A DNA stretch of 64,000 nt, taken from NCBI GenBank assembly GCA_963667175.2, contig CAXXXF010000015.1, forward strand, positions 800,001 through 864,000, written 5' to 3'. The notes below the pieces were generated by a model. It saw only the letters and a program-made list of their open reading frames with translations. It ran no database searches and was not told where the DNA came from. This document shows positions 48,494 to 57,302 of this stretch, in pieces. Source of the DNA: Candidatus Latescibacterota bacterium. GTDB lineage: Bacteria; Latescibacterota; UBA2968; GCA-2709665. The translations under genes and the position numbers were made by a program. Each line of letters starts with the position of its first letter. Position 1 is the stretch's first letter.

Positions 48494-50167
48494 CTATTCG
48501 TCCGTCACGCATCCTTCCGATGCAGTCGTGACGGTCTTGATGTATTTGTATAGCGTGCCTTGCGTTGCCTTGTATGGGGGGGGCGTCCAGGCTGCCCGCC
48601 GTCTTGCCAGTTCCTCGTCGTCCAGGTTGACGTTGATCTCGTTGGCTACCGCGTCAATGGTGATCACGTCGCCGTTTTCGATCAGGGCGATGGCGCCGCC
48701 CTCCTGCGCTTCGGGCGTGATATGCCCCACGACGAACCCGTGCGAACCCCCCGAAAAGCGTCCGTCCGTTATCAACGCCACGTCATTGCCCAGGCCCGCG
48801 CCCATGATCACCGACGTGGGCGTGAGCATCTCCGGCATGCCGGGACCGCCTTTGGGCCCCTCATAGCGGATGACGACAACGCATCCCTTCTTGACGTCGT
48901 TTCGCTCCACCGCTCCGAGGAGGTCCTCCTCGCGGTCGAACACCATCGCGGGCCCGGTGAACCGCACGCCCTCCTTGCCCGTAATCTTGGCCACCGCGCC
49001 CTCGGAAGCCAGGTTTCCACGCAAGATCCGCAGATGCCCGGTGGTTTTTATCGGCCGGTCGAGCGAGCGAACCACCTGCTGCCCCTCGTCGAGCCCGGGC
49101 AACTCCGCCAGGTTCTCCGCGATCGTCCTTCCCGTTACCGTCAGACAGTCGCCGTTCAGCAGGCCGTTCTCGAGCAGGACCTTCATTGCGCCGGGCGTTC
49201 CGCCCACGTTGTGCAGATCTTCCATGACGAATTGTCCGCTTGGCTTGAAGTCCGACAACAGAGGCACCCGGTCGCTCACCGCCTGAAAATCGTCGATTGT
49301 CAACGGGACGCCGACGGATTTCGCGATTGCGATCATGTGCAGCACCGCGTTGGTCGATCCGCCAAGGGCCATCACCACGACGATCGCGTTTTCGAATGCC
49401 TCGCGCGTCATGACGTCGCGGGGTTTGATGTCCTTCTCGAGCAGGTTCCGGATGGCCGCGCCGGACTGGAAGCACTCCTCCAGTTTTCCCTTGTCCACGG
49501 CCGGCGTCGAGGAACTGTAGGGCAGCGACATGCCCATCGCTTCGATGGCGGACGCCATCGTGTTCGCGGTGTACATCCCCCCGCACGCGCCGGCGCCCGG
49601 ACAGGCGTGCTGCACGACGCCCTTCCGTCCCTCCTCGTCCAACTCGCCGGCCAGGTACTCGCCGTAGCTCTGAAAGGCGGACACGATGTCCAGCTTCTTG
49701 CGGTCTCGGAAGCCCGGTTTGATCGTGCCTCCGTAGATCATCAACGACGGCCGGTTCAACCGCCCCATCGCCATCACGCAGCCGGGCATATTCTTGTCGC
49801 AGCCCGGGAGGGATATATTGGCGTCGTACCACTGCGCGCCCATCACGGTTTCTATGGAATCCGCAATGAGGTCCCGCGACTGCAGCGAAAAGCTCATGCC
49901 TTCGGTGCCCATCGAGATCCCGTCGCTGACGCCGATGGTGTTGAATCGCATGCCCAGCAGACCCGCCGCGTCCACGCCCTGCTTCACCTTCGCCGCGAGG
50001 TCCAGGAGATGCATATTGCAGGTATTGCCTTCATACCACATGCTGGCGACGCCGACCTGCGCCTTGTCCATATCCGCTTCGGTCATTCCGGTTCCGTACA
50101 ACATCGCCTGGGACGCGCCCTGGGACTTCACCTGCGTAATGCGGGAACTGTACTTGTTCAGCGCCAT
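48494..50167 (-). CDS. ilvD: Dihydroxy-acid dehydratase
   Basis: [63 protein letters not shown]. Confidence 0.97.
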   Translation of the reverse strand: MALNKYSSRITQVKSQGASQAMLYGTGMTEADMDKAQVGVASMWYEGNTCNMHLLDLAAKVKQGVDAAGLLGMRFNTIGVSDGISMGTEGMSFSLQSRDLIADSIETVMGAQWYDANISLPGCDKNMPGCVMAMGRLNRPSLMIYGGTIKPGFRDRKKLDIVSAFQSYGEYLAGELDEEGRKGVVQHACPGAGACGGMYTANTMASAIEAMGMSLPYSSSTPAVDKGKLEECFQSGAAIRNLLEKDIKPRDVMTREAFENAIVVVMALGGSTNAVLHMIAIAKSVGVPLTIDDFQAVSDRVPLLSDFKPSGQFVMEDLHNVGGTPGAMKVLLENGLLNGDCLTVTGRTIAENLAELPGLDEGQQVVRSLDRPIKTTGHLRILRGNLASEGAVAKITGKEGVRFTGPAMVFDREEDLLGAVERNDVKKGCVVVIRYEGPKGGPGMPEMLTPTSVIMGAGLGNDVALITDGRFSGGSHGFVVGHITPEAQEGGAIALIENGDVITIDAVANEINVNLDDEELARRRAAWTPPPYKATQGTLYKYIKTVTTASEGCVTDE

Positions 50168-50353
50168 GGTGTTCCTTTCCCGGTTGTCGCCCTGAAGCCC
50201 TGTTGTTGCCGCGGGTCCGGGTCATTTCCGTTTTGTATCCGTCGAATCGCGATTTAATTTAATCGAATCTGTGAAACCGGTCAACTGTCACAAGGGAGCT
50301 ATCAACTGTCAGCCATCAGCGATCAGCAAGAGGCAAAAGGCGAGACCTACCCC

Positions 50354-51631
50354 ATGACGTCTGAAGACACGACGAAGACCGAACTCGCTCAGGATTCGAG
50401 CGCCGCGCCCGTCTCACAGACGGAACGCATCGACTCGATCGACGTCCTGCGCGGCTTCGCCCTTCTCGGCATCCTCGTGATGAACATTCAGGCGTTTGCC
50501 ATGCCCCAGGCGGCGTATTTCAACCCGACCGTGTACGGCGACCTCACCGGCGCGAACCGCTACGTCTGGATCGCGGGCCGGATGTTCGCCGACCAGAAGT
50601 TCATGACGATCTTCTCCCTGCTCTTCGGCGCGGGCATCGTCCTGATGACGGGCCGGGCCGAGGCGCGCGGCGACGCCCGCCGGGTGCATTACCGCCGCAT
50701 GAGGTGGCTGCTGGTCATCGGGCTTCTCCATGGACACCTTCTCTGGTGGGGCGATATCCTCTTCCATTACGCGGTCTGCGGGATGCTGGTGTACCCGCTG
50801 CGCCGGCAGTCGCCGAGAAGGCTGATCGCCATTGGATTGGCGCTGCTCCTGGCTGCTTCCGCGTTCTGGGGTCTGGTGGGCCTGTCATTTCCGTACTGGC
50901 CGGAGGAGGTACGCGCCGAGATCGAGGAAGAAGCCTGGCGGCCGACGCAGGAGAAGATCGACGCGGAACTCGCCACGTACCGCGGCGGCTGGCTCGATCA
51001 GTTGCCGCACCGTTCGGTGACGGCGATCGAGAACCACGCGTTTTTGCTGATCATTTGGGCTGTATGGCGCGCCGGCGGGTTGATGCTGATCGGGATGGCG
51101 CTTTTCAAGAAAGAGGTGTTCAGCGCGCGGCGCTCGACTGGCTTCTACGCGGCGCTGATCGCCGTGGCGGCCGCGGTCGGCCTTCCGCTACAGGCATACG
51201 GAATCTCACTCAGTTTTGCGGACGGATGGTCGTTCGGTTCGCTATTCGTAGACACGCAACTCGTCTACTGGACGAGCATTTCGGTCGGCCTCGGTTACGT
51301 GGGCGCCGTCATGCTGGCGTGCCGCGCGGCCGCGCTTCGCCGATTCACGCGACCGTTCGCGGCCGTGGGCCAGACCGCTCTGACCAATTATCTGCTGCAA
51401 ACGGTCATCTGTACGACGATCTTCTACGGACACGGCCTCGGCTTGTTCGGCGCCGTGGACCGCGTGGGACAGGCGGGGGTGATGGCCGGCGTCTGCGCGG
51501 TGCAGCTGATCGTTTCGCCGCTGTGGCTGCGGCGGTTTCGCTTCGGTCCCGTCGAGTGGCTCTGGCGGTCGCTCACCTACCGCGCGCGCCAGCCCATGCG
51601 GCGGGTCCCTGTTCCTGAAACCGTGGCGTGA
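50354..51631 (+). CDS. DUF418 (YeiB-like) membrane protein
   Basis: RIDSIDVLRGFALLGILVMNI, KF..IFS.LFGAG, GDIL..YA, G..ALTNYL.QT, F.FGP.EWLWR.LTY. Confidence 0.9.
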   Translation: MTSEDTTKTELAQDSSAAPVSQTERIDSIDVLRGFALLGILVMNIQAFAMPQAAYFNPTVYGDLTGANRYVWIAGRMFADQKFMTIFSLLFGAGIVLMTGRAEARGDARRVHYRRMRWLLVIGLLHGHLLWWGDILFHYAVCGMLVYPLRRQSPRRLIAIGLALLLAASAFWGLVGLSFPYWPEEVRAEIEEEAWRPTQEKIDAELATYRGGWLDQLPHRSVTAIENHAFLLIIWAVWRAGGLMLIGMALFKKEVFSARRSTGFYAALIAVAAAVGLPLQAYGISLSFADGWSFGSLFVDTQLVYWTSISVGLGYVGAVMLACRAAALRRFTRPFAAVGQTALTNYLLQTVICTTIFYGHGLGLFGAVDRVGQAGVMAGVCAVQLIVSPLWLRRFRFGPVEWLWRSLTYRARQPMRRVPVPETVA

Positions 51632-51899
51632 CCGCTGCGGTAACGGGTCGTTTTATCCGTCGACGCCGATGACTGCGATGGCAGGCGCCGCCTTCAACAC
51701 AGCCAACATCTCGCCTTTCCGGGTTTTCAATCCGGTCAGGCGTTTTTTGTTGTCGGAAACCGCGTTTCTCGCGTCACGTCCGCTTCATTCCGGCCCTTCT
51801 TATGGACCGGAAAGGGAACGCTAAACCCGGCGTGTCAGTCTAACAGAACGGCCGCCATGATGTGAATTCATCGGACGCCGGGGGAAGAAGGAGGCGCAT

Positions 51900-54332
51900 G
51901 TGAGAGCGATTCTGTCAGTCGTTTCGTGTGTGTTGGCTTTGGGCGCCAGTACGCAGATTTACGGCAAGGGTACCGTGAGGGGCACGGTGCGCGATGCCAC
52001 GAACGGTGAGACGTTGCCGTATGCCAATGTCCTGATCGACAGTCTCGGCATTGGGGTATCGGCGGACAAGTCCGGCTATTTTGTCATCGGGAATCTGCCG
52101 CCCGGGAGACACGTGATCCTGGCGAGCTTTATCGGATACACGAGCCGATCCGTCGAAATTGCGATGGCGTCGGCCGAGACCGAGAAGCTTGTGATTGAAC
52201 TCGAACCGGTGGATTTGACAATTGACGAAATAGAAGTCGTCGGAGAGCGCGTGGCTCCAACGGAGGTGACGCCGGTGAGCGCGTTCGGCACGCGCGTAAC
52301 CGAACTGGCGCGAATTCCAACCGTGGGACAGCCCGATCTGATGCGCGGCATTCAATTGCTCCCGGGGGTTCAGGCGGGGAGCGAGAATTCCGCGGGGTTG
52401 TACGTGCGCGGGGGCACGCCCGGTCAGAATCTGATACTGCTGGACGACGTGGTCGTATACAACCCGAATCACCTCTTCGGGTTCTTCAGCACCTTCAATC
52501 CCGATGCATTGAAGAACGTGACGCTGATCAAGGGGACGTTTCCCGCGCGGTATGGCGACCGGCTGTCAAGTGTGCTGGATATAACGAACCTGGACGGCAA
52601 CAGGAAATCTGTCAATGCCCGGGCATCGGTGGACCTGATCAGCGCGGGATTGACGATCGGCGGACCCGTAGGCGATCGCGGATCGTGGATGCTCTCGGGG
52701 CGGCGGACGTATGAGGAGGTTCTGAAGTCGCCGCTGTTCAGTCACCTGGTGGACGAGATGTTCAGCACCCGAATCGGGACGATTTCCGCAAGTCCGGGCG
52801 CTGGCGGCGGATCCTTCGGATTCGGCGGCAGGCAAGGCGAAGGACGGTTTGGCGGTACGCGATTCAACTTCCAACAGCAGACCGGCAGCTTCGAACAGGA
52901 CTACGGATTTTACGACTCGAACTTCAAGCTGAATCTGGACGTGTCCGAGAACGACCGTTTATCCATCAGCGGATACCTGGGCCGCGATGCCCTCGATCTC
53001 TCCCTGCCTTCGTTCCGGCAGCAGACCCGTGATCAACTCATGGATTGGGGCAATCAGATTGCCAGGATCAATTGGCAACGCATCTACACCAACAACCTGA
53101 TCGGCAACGTGCAGGTTTCGGCAAGTCGATATGTGTCGAACTTCGACGTCGCGTCCAACCGGAACGCCGATCAGACCGGGCAGGCCGGCGAGGGCCGCCC
53201 GGGGCGTGGATTCGGGTTGAATCGCAACAACGAACTGAACGACCTGACGGTCAAAGCCACGTTCGATCTTTATTCGGGCCCGTATCACACCACGCGTTTT
53301 GGCGGTCAGCTGACGTCCTACGATGCATTCTACAGGCAGGGAGTGGGCGATTCGGTGCGGACTGGGATTAATACCTCCTCGCTCTATCAGACGGGTTTCC
53401 TGGAGCACGTGATGCGCATGGGCCGCCTGGAATTGACCCCGGGGATTCGCGCGAGCCACTTCAATAGCGGCAGCTACACCAGGTGGTCGCCGCGTGTTGC
53501 CGGCCTGTTCCAGGTGGACGACAAAGTTGCGTTCAAGGGCGGTTGGGGCATCTACCACCAGTTCGTCAATCTGATTTCGATCGAGGCCAATACGTATGCG
53601 ACGGATATGTGGCTGCCGGTGGACGAGACCCTGACGCCCGGCAAGGCGGTCCACAGCGCGTTCGGTCTGATGTTGACGCCCAGCGACGCGTGGCAGGTCG
53701 ATCTGGAGTTTTACCACAAGGGCCTGGAGGACCTCGTGGAATTCCAGTCGCAGGTCCGCCTGGACGATTCAACCCCGCTTTCCGACCTGTTCGCGACCGG
53801 AACGGGCACGTCATTCGGCGGAGAGCTCCTGCTTCGCAAGACGGAGGGTCGGCTGAAGGGTTGGATTGGCTATACGTTGAGCAAGACGGAACACACTTAT
53901 GCCAATCTGAACCGGGGCGAACCGTTTCCGCCAAAGTACGACCGGCGTCACGACGTGTCCGTGGTGACCGACTATTACGTGGGCAAGGGCTGGAGCGTCA
54001 ATCTGAACTGGGTTTATGGAACGGGACAGGCATATACGATACCCGAGGCGCGCTACGAGGTCCGGCAGCCCACGGGCCAGACCTTCGCATACGTCCATGT
54101 TTCGGAGAAGAACGCGTACCGGCTGCCGGCCTATCATCGGATGGACCTGGGCGTCACGCGTGACCTGAACCTGGGAGGCGTGGAAGGTCAGCTGGTATTC
54201 AGCGTCTTCAACGTCTATAACCGGCGCAACGTATGGTATCGTTCGTTCGATGCGACGGAGCCGGAAGTGCTGGTCCAGGACGTGTTGTTACAGCCCATAT
54301 TGCCGAGCATCGGCCTGAAATTCAACATGTGA
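51900..54332 (+). CDS. TonB-dependent receptor with N-terminal carboxypeptidase-regulatory-like domain
   Basis: G.VRDA.NGE.LPYANV, plug LLPGV..GLYVRGG..QNLILLD..YNPNHLFG, YDRRH, RLPAYHRMD, NVYNR.N, C-terminal F. Confidence 0.9.
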   Translation: MRAILSVVSCVLALGASTQIYGKGTVRGTVRDATNGETLPYANVLIDSLGIGVSADKSGYFVIGNLPPGRHVILASFIGYTSRSVEIAMASAETEKLVIELEPVDLTIDEIEVVGERVAPTEVTPVSAFGTRVTELARIPTVGQPDLMRGIQLLPGVQAGSENSAGLYVRGGTPGQNLILLDDVVVYNPNHLFGFFSTFNPDALKNVTLIKGTFPARYGDRLSSVLDITNLDGNRKSVNARASVDLISAGLTIGGPVGDRGSWMLSGRRTYEEVLKSPLFSHLVDEMFSTRIGTISASPGAGGGSFGFGGRQGEGRFGGTRFNFQQQTGSFEQDYGFYDSNFKLNLDVSENDRLSISGYLGRDALDLSLPSFRQQTRDQLMDWGNQIARINWQRIYTNNLIGNVQVSASRYVSNFDVASNRNADQTGQAGEGRPGRGFGLNRNNELNDLTVKATFDLYSGPYHTTRFGGQLTSYDAFYRQGVGDSVRTGINTSSLYQTGFLEHVMRMGRLELTPGIRASHFNSGSYTRWSPRVAGLFQVDDKVAFKGGWGIYHQFVNLISIEANTYATDMWLPVDETLTPGKAVHSAFGLMLTPSDAWQVDLEFYHKGLEDLVEFQSQVRLDDSTPLSDLFATGTGTSFGGELLLRKTEGRLKGWIGYTLSKTEHTYANLNRGEPFPPKYDRRHDVSVVTDYYVGKGWSVNLNWVYGTGQAYTIPEARYEVRQPTGQTFAYVHVSEKNAYRLPAYHRMDLGVTRDLNLGGVEGQLVFSVFNVYNRRNVWYRSFDATEPEVLVQDVLLQPILPSIGLKFNM

Positions 54333-54355
54333 GACTGCCGGCGGAGGAACCAATA

Positions 54356-55192
54356 ATGTGCAAATTGCGATTGATTCTGTGTCTGGTTATCGGCCTTGGA
54401 TCCGGCGCGTGCAGTACGGCGCCGACAGAGTCGCTGGGGGACTTCAGAGAGACGATCCTCATCGAGGGTTTTCTTCGAGCGGGAACGAACGTATCGGGCT
54501 TATTCGTGGGTACGACCATGCCGCTTTCGAGCGAATACGATCGTGACGCCAGCGCGGTTTCGGATGCGAACGTAGCGATCACGGTAGACGGCGTAACGCA
54601 TTCGCTGGCATCCGTGCCTGACAAGCCCGGCACGTACCACCACCCCGACCTGGTTGTTCAGTTCGGCAAGACGTATCATCTGTCGGTCACAACGGGATTG
54701 GGGACGGCGACCGCGCAGACGACGGTGCCGTTCCCGCCTCAGGCGTCTGGGGCGCCCGTGTTGTATGCAGGCGGTGATCCGTATCGCGTGACGTGGGAAG
54801 GCGAGACAAACGGAGGCTACGTCACTTCCAGGCAGGTGTTGGAGCTATTGGAGCAAATTCCGCCGGAGAGCCAGTTCGGCGGGGGAAGGTTCGGCGGCGG
54901 CTTCGGGGGCGCGGTCGACACCACCGGATTCGGTGCGCTGCGTGACAGTATCGCGCGCGCCGACCAGTGGCGGTTCCTGCAGGGGCAGTCTCAGACCCTG
55001 AATCCCATTCAGTTTTCGTACTATGGGACCTACGCGTTACTCGTCTATTCCCTCGACGAGAACTACGGGGATTTCCTGATCTCGAGCCAGCAGGACGAAG
55101 CCGCCCTGGACGAGCCCCGCTTTCACGTGGAGGGCGGGATCGGGCTGTTCGCCTCCATGGCCGCGGATTCCGTCCTGTTTCGGGTCGAGTGA
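54356..55192 (+). CDS. DUF4249-like lipoprotein partner of the TBDR
   Basis: Lipobox-like GSGAC, IEGFL, G.TY.L.V....A.T.VP, VEGGIGLF.S. Confidence 0.75.
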   Translation: MCKLRLILCLVIGLGSGACSTAPTESLGDFRETILIEGFLRAGTNVSGLFVGTTMPLSSEYDRDASAVSDANVAITVDGVTHSLASVPDKPGTYHHPDLVVQFGKTYHLSVTTGLGTATAQTTVPFPPQASGAPVLYAGGDPYRVTWEGETNGGYVTSRQVLELLEQIPPESQFGGGRFGGGFGGAVDTTGFGALRDSIARADQWRFLQGQSQTLNPIQFSYYGTYALLVYSLDENYGDFLISSQQDEAALDEPRFHVEGGIGLFASMAADSVLFRVE

Positions 55193-55271
55193 TCCGGCGA
55201 TTTCCGAATTGGCGTCTCCTGCAGAACAATGCGGGAACGGGACCGATTCAGGCGCAGAACGATCCGCCCGC

Positions 55272-55300
55272 TTGACAGCGAAAGCCGATCCGGCTATATT
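55272..55300 (+). promoter_or_regulatory. Sigma70 promoter (near-duplicate of the ssrA promoter)
   Basis: TTGACA-17 nt-TATATT within gcttgacagcgaaagccgatccggctatatttc. Confidence 0.7.
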
Positions 55301-55396
55301 TCGAACAGTTGGGCGACACCATCCGCCGCAACCTTGAATTCGAAATCATATATTCCCTCTCCCATTCAGTATTGGTGTTGTTGAAAAGGATACAGG

Positions 55397-55609
55397 ATGA
55401 ACGAAGTGGAAACCAGAGTTACGGATCTTGACAGTCGCCAGGCCAGACTCGAAGGCGTCATCGAACAGGTCAATGAGCGCCTGAACAGCATTGACAGGCG
55501 TTTGGATGGACAGCAACAATGGTTGCGATGGATTGTCGGGATCCAGATCACGTCCTTCGTTACACTGGGCAGTCTTATCATTACCGTGGTTTTGAAACTC
55601 TATTCATGA
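55397..55609 (+). CDS. Small coiled-coil + C-terminal TM protein (DUF1640/XhlA-like architecture)
   Basis: RBS aagga. Heptad pattern RLEGVIEQVNERLNSIDRRLD followed by hydrophobic WIVGIQITSFVTLGSLIITVVL. Confidence 0.7.
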   Translation: MNEVETRVTDLDSRQARLEGVIEQVNERLNSIDRRLDGQQQWLRWIVGIQITSFVTLGSLIITVVLKLYS

Positions 55610-55779
55610 CCGTTCCCCAAGGCTCTGGATGATTCCAGGCCCATCCTCGATTACCTCCAGAAGTTTCCCGCCATACAGTTTTCCGCAGTCCGTTTTCCTG
55701 CACGCTTCCAGATTGAAGCTTCAGGACGGTTCTCCATCCCTGTCTTTGCCCACTGTATAGCCTGGAAACTTCGCCCCGC

Positions 55780-55808
55780 TTGACAGGGAAGGCCGATAAG
55801 GCTATATT
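55780..55808 (+). promoter_or_regulatory. ssrA promoter
   Basis: TTGACA-17 nt-TATATT, about 40 nt upstream of the mature tmRNA 5' end. Confidence 0.75.
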
Positions 55809-55848
55809 TCAGCGGCTCGGGCGGCCAGGCGAATCGGGCTCAATGTGT

Positions 55849-56208
55849 GGGGGCGACCTGGATTCGACGGGGGTGGAGAGGCGATGGCTGCGTGTCGAGG
55901 TCCCATAACCTCGTTAAACCGTGGGAAAATCATATAATTGCGGACGATACGTACGCAATGGCTGCGTAACGAAAACGCGGCCCGTTCCGACGAGCCTCGC
56001 CCGCAGGGGTCGACCGGAGCGCCGACTTATGCGGGCTGGCTCGCGGACCCCCGTTCGAGGGTGCGAGAGCGAGAGCTGTTCGAGCTGGCGTGCCGGCAAC
56101 CCCGTTTACCGGGGCGCCGTCGCGTGAGATTCAAAAGGTAAACTACACACGTAGACGCTGTCGGTGATCTGCTTTCGGACGCGGGTTCGATTCCCGCCGC
56201 CTCCACCA
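55849..56208 (+). ncRNA. ssrA: tmRNA; tag (A)ADDTYAMAA*
   Basis: 5' GGGGGCGACCTGGATTCGAC, 3' GCGGGTTCGATTCCCGCCGCCTCCACCA, acceptor stem with G3-U70. Tag ORF 55940-55969 follows ATAATT. Confidence 0.96.
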
Positions 56209-56381
56209 ATTATCCCACGGCTTGTATTCCATACATATAGACGAACTCAGGGCCGGGCGAAGTCCGTCGCGTCTATTCGCGATTGACGTCACCCGGCCCT
56301 GACGCGTTCGGAACGCCTGGCGCGGGTTCGCTTTGCTCAGCCGCAACGAAGCTTGCAATCGAATGGTTGAGGTTCGCTCCT

Positions 56382-56466
56382 TACCAGCCCGTTGGAAAAG
56401 TCCATCCGGGCTGCCTGCCTGTGCGTGTCCGCCTGCCTGCCGAGCGACTTTTTCAACGGACTGTTA
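56382..56466. mobile_element. MITE-like element (IS-like terminal inverted repeats)
   Basis: Ends cagcccgttggaaaagt...actttttcaacggactg, internal gcctgcctg repeats. A near-identical copy lies at 62767-62871. Confidence 0.7.
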
Positions 56467-56502
56467 CGTCAGGGAATGCGCCCGGCTGGATGACGCAAAG
56501 GG

Positions 56503-57276
56503 TCATGCCTGTTCCCCCCTGGACCTACGCCGGTACGTGCGCAATTTCACGTAGGCGGGACGGATGACGAAACCCGTTATCGCCAGTGCCAGGACGGCGA
56601 TGCTCAGCGCGTCCACGTAGATCCACTCACCCTCGGGGCCGAAGAGGGCTTTGCCGGTGTGCAGGTCCAGAACCAACTTGCTGAAGCTGACGACCTCGGG
56701 AAGGGGGACTTCGACCATGGTTGCGTTCACGGCGGTCAGTTCCGTCCAGGTCGCGCCCAGATCCGCGGTGACGAAGAGGCCGTTGCTGCCCTGTATGTGG
56801 ACGATGCGACCATCTTCTGCAAAGGTTGCCGCCCCTCTGAAGTTGGAAATGCGCTTCCACTGCTCCGCCTCGAAGAGCCAGGTGCTTTCCCGCGTGCCGA
56901 CCAGGATGCGCTCTCCCTGTTGGTCGATGTTGAAGACGTCCAGGCCCTCCAATTGCGGAACGCTGCGGGTTTCGCTCCCACTCAGATGAAGCAACCCCTT
57001 GCGCGTCCCGATGTACACCTCCTCATTGCCCGAAAGCAGGGCGCACTTGATCTGTCCCAGGCGACTGGCGGTGGTGTGGTAGCCGGGAAACCACCGGCTG
57101 GGCACTCCGACGCTGCCCAGGCCCCAGCCACTGAGATGCTCCAGCAGGATCGCGGTCACGCACACGAGCACCGTGAAGACCAGTGCGAAGATGGAGGTCC
57201 AGGCATGCCAGCGGCGAACGCCTTTCTTGTAGCGTCCCTTCACTTGTCGGCGGCCCCGGGCCGTGCTCTCGTTCAT
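56503..57276 (-). CDS. PepSY-associated TM helix protein
   Basis: RRWHAWTSI..TAILLEH at the N-terminus and LDLHTG..FG..D..S......TGF at the C-terminus. Lies downstream of the TBDR. Confidence 0.8.
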   Translation of the reverse strand: MNESTARGRRQVKGRYKKGVRRWHAWTSIFALVFTVLVCVTAILLEHLSGWGLGSVGVPSRWFPGYHTTASRLGQIKCALLSGNEEVYIGTRKGLLHLSGSETRSVPQLEGLDVFNIDQQGERILVGTRESTWLFEAEQWKRISNFRGAATFAEDGRIVHIQGSNGLFVTADLGATWTELTAVNATMVEVPLPEVVSFSKLVLDLHTGKALFGPEGEWIYVDALSIAVLALAITGFVIRPAYVKLRTYRRRSRGEQA

Positions 57277-57302
57277 CGCTTTTTTCTCCTCAAAGGACGC
57301 AT

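Noticed and set aside
51815-51843. ECF-sigma-like promoter GGAAC-N18-GTCTAA upstream of the TBDR
   Set aside because: The motifs are short, the spacing is atypical and there is a single instance.
56170-56208. tRNA-like T-arm and CCA end
   Set aside because: This is the 3' domain of tmRNA, not a separate tRNA.
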